A stretch of 64,000 bases of DNA, taken from the human T2T-CHM13v2.0 reference genome, Homo sapiens. The stretch covers positions 23,392,001 to 23,456,000 of the forward strand of contig CP068257.2 of assembly GCA_009914755.4 (NCBI GenBank), written 5' to 3'. The translations under genes and the position numbers were made by a program. Positions 57,217-64,000 of this stretch are shown piece by piece. Positions within the stretch are counted from its first letter, which is position 1, and every line of letters begins with the position of its first letter. The notes beneath the pieces were generated by a model, which worked only from the letters and a program-made list of their open reading frames with translations, did not search any database and was not told where the DNA came from.

Positions 57217-58197
57217 AGAATAACTTTGAAGAGTATGTCGGTAAGCTAGATACAGCAGAAGAAAGAATCAGTAATTTTGAGGATATGTCAATAGAAATTT
57301 CTCAAACTGAAATTGGAAAAGTATGAAGAAAACCAGAACATGACATTCCGCCATGTGGAATACTATCAAAAGTTGTACCATATAGATAATTAGAACACAA
57401 GAAAGAAATAAAGATAAAATGGAGAACTATTTGAAATAACAATGGCAGAGGTATTTTTTTTAACTAATGGCAGACACCAAATCACATATTCAGAAAGCTC
57501 AGAGAACACTAAGCAAACAAATACCAAAATATGTACATGCCTAGTAATGTATTCAAACTGCAGAAAACCAAAGACAAAAGACAAAGAGAAAATCTTGAAT
57601 GAAGCCAGTGATGGAGTAGGGTAGGAGAACTTACCTATGGAAGAAAATAATAATAATTACAATAGGCTTCTCATTAAAAAAATCAAAGAAACAAAAAAAA
57701 ATCTATGTAAGCAAGGAGTAGCAGAGTGAAATATTTGAAGCCTGGAATGCTATATCAAGTGAAATTATTCTTCAAGCATGAAGAAGAAATACTTTCTCAA
57801 ACAACAAAAAGTGAAAAAAACATACTACCAACATGTGTGCTTTATATAATGTATTAACAGAAGCTTAATAAAAAATGTTATAGAAACAAATATATAGATC
57901 AAAAATTTGGATCTACATAAAGAAAGGGGAAAAGGGTCATACCAGGAACAAATACAGTTGAAATAAAATGCTTTATTTCTCTGATTCTAAAATGACCTAA
58001 AAGATAACTGTTTGTTAAAGTAACAATTGTAAAAACACATTGGATGACATCTGTGTAAATTAAATGAATAACACCAGTGTTACAGGAGATGTGAGTAAGA
58101 AATTGAATATATTCTGTAATAAGGTACCTGTAGTAAGCATAAAGAACAGTAGGTCATTTGAAAGTTAACTTAGATTAGTTGCAAATGTAAATCCCCA
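57217..58197 (+). mobile_element. LINE-1 fragment (older L1M/L1PB-like): ORF1 C-terminal part and inter-ORF region, ending where ORF2 should begin
   Basis: gaggatatgtcaatagaaatttctcaaactgaaa, ggcagacaccaaatcacatattcagaaagctcagagaacactaagcaaacaaataccaaaa, catgcctagtaatgtattcaaactgcagaaaaccaaagacaaagacaaagagaaaatcttgaatgaagccag, gaaatatttgaagcctggaatg...gaaattattcttcaagcatgaagaagaaat...ctttctcaaacaacaaaaagtgaaaaa, ending ...ggtcatttgaaagttaacttagattagttgcaaatgtaaatccccaggg, which is the L1 ORF1 3' end and inter-ORF spacer. Confidence 0.8.
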
Positions 58198-58780
58198 GGG
58201 AGCTCCTGCCCCATCAACTGAGAAGGGGCAGGGCTCCCGCTTGTCTCCAGCTCTTGCCATCTCCATGGAGTGTGCAGCCCCAGGTGCACCTCCTGACGGC
58301 CTGAGGAGGGAGTTCCAGGTCCTCGCTGGGCCCCTCTCTGCCCACTCCTCCATGCCTGACCACACTGCTCTCCCTTCAGTGGGAGACTTGGCCAGCCCCA
58401 TTGTGGTGGCCCCTAGGGTGGCAGGCTCCAGGGGGCTCCTAGGGTTGGGCTCCAGAGACTGTCTACCTCCTCCCCACATCCTCCTCACACTGTCAGCAGG
58501 TGAGAGCAGTGACATGAGGCCACATCTAGAGCAGCAGAGGCTCCAGGCCTGGGAATGGGTCCTACCTAGTTGTGCGAGGGTGGGGCAGCAGAGTCGGCTG
58601 CCTCAGGAACACAGGGCACAGGGGACGCTGGGCAAAGGGGTCCCACCACTGCCACTGTTGCTCTTGCAGCCACTTCCACTGCCACTGCTCATGTCCCACC
58701 CTCTTCCCTCCCTCTTCCCCCGGCTCCTGCTCCAGCTCGCACAATGGCAGTGGCTGCTTGGAAGCCTGCTACTTTCATCA
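58198..58780. other. Unassigned GC-rich (about 62% GC), CpG-depleted 583-bp block sitting where about 1.5 kb of L1 ORF2 N-terminal sequence should be
   Basis: agctcctgccccatcaactgagaaggggcagggctcccgcttgtctccagctcttgccatctccatggagtgtgcagccccaggtgcacctcctgacggcc...ggtcccaccactgccactgttgctcttgcagccacttccactgccactgctcatgtcccaccctcttccctccctcttcccccggctcctgctccagctcgc. I count only about 8 CpG, so observed/expected is roughly 0.15. It is flanked on both sides by L1 sequence in the same orientation, and it carries the longest ORF in the window (58241-58855, 204 aa). Confidence 0.5.
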
Positions 58781-59150
58781 ATTGTATCTATTAAAGAAAT
58801 CAATATTCAATACAATTCAAAAGAAGAAAATGCCAGACACAGAGTATTTTATTGATGAATTCCACCAAACATTTAAAGAATAAAAATACTAATATTACAC
58901 AACCTTTTCCAGAAACTACAAACAGAGGGAATACTTTCTGACACATTCTGTACGACACACTAACAGGCTGGAAACTCCATGTGATAATATGATATAGAGA
59001 TATATATATATATATCATTTTACAGATATATGTCTCTATAATGCACCATCATGGTGAAAGATGTTAATAGCAGAGGAAACTGAGTGTGAGTGTTTCGAAA
59101 CTCTCTACATCACCATCTCATTTTTTTCTATAAATCTAAATATTCTAAAA
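58781..59150 (+). mobile_element. LINE-1 ORF2 reverse-transcriptase-region fragment, decayed, continuing the L1 to the left
   Basis: tatctattaaagaaatcaatattcaatacaattcaaaagaagaaaatgccagacacagagtattttattgatgaattccaccaaacatttaaagaa...ccagaaactacaaacagagggaatactttctgacacattc aligns to L1 ...tatctattaaagaaattgaatcaataattaataaccttccaaaacagaaagcaccaggcccagatgggttcactggtgaattctaccaaacatttaaggaag...ttccagaagatagaagcagagggaatacttcctaactcattc. The right boundary is uncertain. Confidence 0.6.
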
Positions 59151-61198
59151 ATAAAATCAATTGAAGTTAATTCAATTTGATACTAGTACCTCTTAGCCCC
59201 CTAATAAGGCATTTTTTGATATACAATTTGTCAGCCTGCCGTATATACTGAGATAGATTGACAAAAATATCCTTGTCATTAACAAAGCCATTGTGGATGA
59301 AATTATGTGAAAGATTAAATATAGTGCCATAGTGGTTTTTAAAAGATTATATATAAACTATCAATAAAAGGGCCTTGACAATAAATTGGTAAAATTTTAC
59401 CAGAAAACTTTGACACTTTATGGACTTAAAAATGTATTCTAAATTGGTAAATAAATGCGAATGAAGGGTGGGGTTCTTCCAGGTATGGCAGGGTAGCTTG
59501 CATCCAATGAACCATCAAATGAACTAATGTACAGTGTCCCAAAGCAACCAGAAATTAGAAAGGAATTGAACCCTGAAAGAATGGAACAGTACTAGTAAAA
59601 TTTATCTTTATACATATTTTTGTCTGAGGCCTTTACCCAAAATGTATGGAGTAGAACAAATAGAATTAAAGCAGAAAACTGCAGTATTATTTTTCTGAAG
59701 AATCTGTAGGCAGAATTTAAGGCTTTTAATTTTCTGAAAATGCTTGGCTAATCCCTGAACTATACATGCCTAAGGGCATACCAAACAGATGAATTGCACC
59801 ATCTGGAAGAATAGAAGAAATAAAGGAAATTTTAGTTCCTGCTCACCTGAGAGAAAGTATGTTTCATAAGATGAATCCAGCTAAGTTAACTGCCTGCATC
59901 AACAACAACTACAAACTCTTTAGCTCTTTCTTGAAACAAAGCAGAATTCAAAATTTCTACAACATATCATCTCAGTGTTTAGCATAAAATAAAAATTATT
60001 ACACATATGAAAAACAAGGAAATGTGACCTATAGTTCAGAAAAAAGTAGTTAATAGAAACCTATTTTGATATGACCTAGAATTATAATTAGTATAGAGAT
60101 ATTATAAATTTAAGTTCCAGGACTTAGGAGAAAACTGCTAATAATGAATGAGGATGTGAGAAATCTCAGCAGAATTAAATAAAAATACTAGAACTACAAG
60201 GTAAAATATCTAAAATAAAAATTTACTGCATTGTCTTAGCAGCAAATTAGAGATGACAGAATAATTGTTTTGTTATATCAGTTACAGATACATAGAAATT
60301 ATCTGGCCTTAAGAACAGAAAGAAAATGATTTTTAAAATCCGAACTTAAGGACTTACAAACAATATCTCATGGCCTGATATATATGTAACTGAAGTTTCA
60401 GAGGGAAGGCTACAGAGAATAAAGCAGCAAAACTATTTGAAAAAATAATGGCCAAATATTTTCCAAATGTGGTGAATTAAGAAAATTAATAAATCCCCAA
60501 GTGTGATAAAAATAAAAACAGCATACATGAGCACACACATTGTCACTTTATATTTATATCACTTTATATTTATATCAAAACTCTAAAAATAAGGGAAAAT
60601 GTTTAAAGCATCCTGAGAAAAATGAATGAATGATACATTTTAGAAAACAACAAGATGAATAACTATGACTTCTTATCCGAAACAATGGAGTCAAGAGGAC
60701 AATGGATTGAGATCTTTACAGTTCTGAAGCAAAATTGACAAGTTTTAATTCTGTACCCAGAAAATTAAATTTCAAATATTTAAGCAAAATTACTATATTT
60801 ACAGATAAGCAAAAGCAGAGAATCTGCTGCTGGTGGACTTGCACTATAATAAAGACAATTCTTCAAGCTGAAGGATAATAGCACCAGATGGAAGCTTATA
60901 AATGCCAGAACAAATGAAGATCATTGGAAACAGTAAATATACTTTTAATTTTTGTCTGATTTACATTAAAAAACACATCTGTCTAAAACGACAAACATGT
61001 TGTTATTTTCTATGTTTAATAATGTAAGTAGATGTATTATGTATGATAAATATAGCATAGAAGATGAATTAAATGTAAGCATAATACTATATTATGTAAG
61101 GTTTCATAATATTAATTCTTAGTAAACTGTGATAAATTAAAAGCACATATTTTAATTCCTAGAGTGACCACAAAAAATAATGGAATGAGATATAGTAT

Positions 61199-61552
61199 TG
61201 ACATGGTTTGGCTGTGTCCCCACCCAAATCTTATCTTGAATTGTAACTCCCACAATTCCCATGTGTAGTGGGAGGGAACCAATGGGAGGTAATTGAATCA
61301 TGGGGGCAGGTCTTTCCTGTGCTGTTTTTGTGATAGTGAATAAGCGTCACAAGATCTGATGGTTTTATAAAGGGGAGTTTCCCTGCACAAGTTGTCTGCA
61401 GCCATGTGAGATGTACCTTTCACCTTCTGCCATGATTGTGAGGCCTCTCCAGCTACGTGGAACTGTGAATCCATTAAACCTCTTTGTTTTGTAAATTGCC
61501 CAGTCACAGGTATGTTTTTATCAGCAGCATGAAAACAGACTAATACAAGCAT
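61199..61552 (+). mobile_element. ERVL-MaLR solo LTR, THE1/MST-like, sense orientation
   Basis: tgacatggtttggctgtgtccccacccaaatcttatcttgaattgtaactcccacaattcccatgtgtagtgggagggaaccaatgggaggtaattgaatcatgggggcaggtctttcctgtgctgtttttgtgatagtgaataagcgtcacaagatctgatggttttataaaggggagtttccctgcacaag...gccatgattgtgaggcctctccagctacgtggaactgtgaatccattaaacctctttgttttgtaaattgcccagtcacaggtatgtttttatcagcagcatgaaaacagactaatacaagc. Confidence 0.92.
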
Positions 61553-62537
61553 ATTGAGACAGAGCCAGGATCTAAATAAAATTTGGTTTAAAAATAAATC
61601 AACAGAAGTATCTGAAACCTAATAAACATTATTTTAAAATTCTATACCCTAGCACTTATTAGTTATACCTTTTTTTCAAATAGCTTACCCTTTTTGAGGA
61701 GTAGTTTTATCAAGTATAAAAATAATCTTGAAGTTGTTGTTTAAAGGATTATAAGACAACATTAGAAAGTACCAAATATAATCTCTGTGGTTCAATAAAT
61801 AGACAGTAGTTATCTCTAATTTTCTTCTTTATCCTAAAATAACTAGGAGGTTACTTCAATACAATAGCAGCAAAAAATATTTTTAACAGCATCCGAATAT
61901 ATTAGAAAAATAATAGCAGTAATGAAAGAATTATATGGGATTATGCATAGGTTAATGATTGACACATCAAAAGAAAGCACATATAAGATTTTGTGAACAT
62001 GTAATTTAAGTATGCTGAAAACAATAGAAAGCTAATCAAAGAGATGAGAGAGAGCTTTAGCATAAATATCATGTAGAAAGGGAATAATGAAAGAAAGACA
62101 AGAGCAGTATGGAGATGCAACAGCTGTTAATAGCACAGAAAATAGGAAACAACATCATTATCTCCAGGTGCAAGTAGGAAAATGCAAAATCCTTTCACCT
62201 TCAGTCCTTATAACAAAATGACTGACTATGAAGAATCAGTCATAAACTTGAAATTCTAGCCTCATTGCCCAGTTAATTGCTTTATTAAATATTAAATTCT
62301 ACCTTGTGGGAACAAAAGTGAATTGCATGGATAAACAAAAGTAAAGCTGGCTATCTTTTAAATGTAGAAATTACAATTTTTGTTTCCTCTACAAATTCAT
62401 GACTAAAATTATGAGATAAAGAACGATCCCTCAGCTTCTAACCCCTAAGAAATATCCTGGACTTTGAAAAAGCTGTAATATGTGTGACCAACTTATATAG
62501 TCACTTGAATTTTGATAACTAGATCCTTTGATATTAG

Positions 62538-62865
<328 letters not shown>

Positions 62866-64000
62866 CCTCTTATGATTTTTATAATACACAGTCATATATC
62901 CGTTTTAGAATGTGGTAAAACCCAAAACACTGTGAAAAAATGTTGCTTTTAATGTATCAGAAAATGTTCTAGTTGTGATATTTTATCATTACTATTATAA
63001 TTTGTAATCGGATTCAATAATTCAGAAACAGATGATAGCAGGGTGTTCTAGTCAGTAAATCAACTTTGTTTCTTTAGGCGCATGACATATCCTTTGAGTG
63101 TCTATTGAGGATGCTCAGAAATTAAAATAAAAATCCTACTGAATCCAATTTCTGAGAATCACAAAAGCATATGATACAGAATTTGCTGACTTGGGAAAGT
63201 TATCTTCCTTGTGGCACTCTCAGAAAGGCTGTGCTTTCTCTACCAATTCAAGGGATTTTCTAAGAGATAAAGCACAATTCTTAACAGGAATAAGAACGGA
63301 AAAAAGTATGACAGACAGAAGAAAGAGAAAGGACAATGCATGTACAAGAAAAGAAGGAAGAAAGGGAGGGAGGGAGGAAGAGAAAAAGGGAGAGAGGGTG
63401 AGATGGGGGCAGGGAGGGAAAATAAAAGAAGGGTAGAAGAGAGTCCGACTCAATTTTTTAATAATTGCCTGCTCTTTCTCTTCTGAGCAAATTGATAAGA
63501 AAGCCTGGGTGCCCCTTCCTTGGTTCCAGCAAGGGGTTCAAACTGTGCATGCCCTTGCCCACATCAGGGAACACTCAACTCTGCCCCACACTTACCCACC
63601 ATATAAAAACCCCAAGCCAACCTGCTTTAACTGCATTCTTAAGCTATTTTCAGACCAGCTTGAGAAGTGCACCTGTGCTAGCCACATAACTCTTCATTAT
63701 CTGAGTAATAAATCTTTTCATACCCTCTCGGTGTGTGTGATTTCATCAGCTTTGACATCAGAACCAAATTTTAGGTGGGAATCCATCTAATATCTGTAGG
63801 GTGACTACAACAGAAAGGACTTAAAGAAGATGAATGAAAATAAGGAAAAAAGAAATAAGAGAGAGAAGGAAGTCAAAAGCTACTGCTTTTTAAATGAACT
63901 TCTTCCTCTCAACAACAAAAGCATGGTTCCAACCACATTCCTTCCCCAAATCTGAGAACTGTTCTCAGTTCTGCCCATAAGAACTATTGGAGAAACATTA

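Noticed and set aside
58198-58780. Possible CpG island or promoter, since it is the only GC-rich block in the window
   Set aside because: There are only about 8 CpG dinucleotides in 583 bp at about 62 percent GC, so observed/expected is about 0.15 against the usual island threshold of 0.6 or more. This is methylation-decayed GC-rich sequence, not an unmethylated island.
58241-58855. Longest ORF in the window (204 aa, plus strand). It overlaps ORFs of 116 aa (minus), 103 aa and 74 aa (plus), and 66 aa and 60 aa (minus) in the same 600 bp.
   Set aside because: Several long ORFs on both strands and in multiple frames over the same GC-rich 600 bp is the signature of stop-codon-poor composition, not of a gene. 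The 204-aa frame runs straight into decayed L1 ORF2 sequence (…IDEFHQTFKE is the L1 PDGFTxEFYQTFKE motif). The translations are low-complexity (Pro/Leu/Ser/Gly-rich) and match no protein I recognise.
56850-61552. An intact THE1/MST provirus bounded by the two sense LTRs
   Set aside because: The interior is the wrong length, about 4 kb versus about 1.6 kb of internal sequence. It is composed of L1 fragments, a GC-rich block and AT-rich sequence, with no recognisable MaLR internal region. The two LTRs are structurally different subfamily variants.

Overview
This window is primate genomic DNA, almost certainly human or another great ape, and not a prokaryotic locus. It is AT-rich and built largely from nested interspersed repeats. 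There are at least four LINE-1 fragments: a fairly young L1PA 3' end at 1-1354, an older 5'-truncated L1 at about 14.4-19.1 kb, an L1 3' portion at 41.1-42.5 kb, and a disrupted L1 at 57.2-59.2 kb. There are about 13 Alu copies or fragments, several with intact target-site duplications and AluY-like. There are about a dozen ERVL-MaLR LTRs of THE1/MST and MLT1 type, and a MaLR composite at 38.1-40.0 kb. A hAT-type palindromic MITE of MER30 type sits nested inside L1 ORF2. There are several microsatellites: (TTTA)n, (CA)n, (GT)n and a (CT)n-rich tract. I found no convincing protein-coding exon, rRNA, tRNA, CRISPR array or CpG island. Essentially every ORF in the six-frame track is explained by decayed L1 ORF2, Alu read in antisense, or the GC-rich block described next. 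The most unusual local structures are a 583-bp GC-rich, CpG-depleted block that replaces about 1.5 kb of L1 ORF2 at 58.2-58.8 kb, a perfect 21-bp inverted repeat with AP-1-like cores at 44.36 kb, two head-to-tail MLT1-type LTR copies at 35.4-36.0 kb, and a tandem Alu pair joined by a (TTTA)12 microsatellite. All family assignments were made by eye from memory of consensus sequences. They need RepeatMasker/Dfam confirmation, and the window should be placed on a reference genome by BLAT/BLAST.
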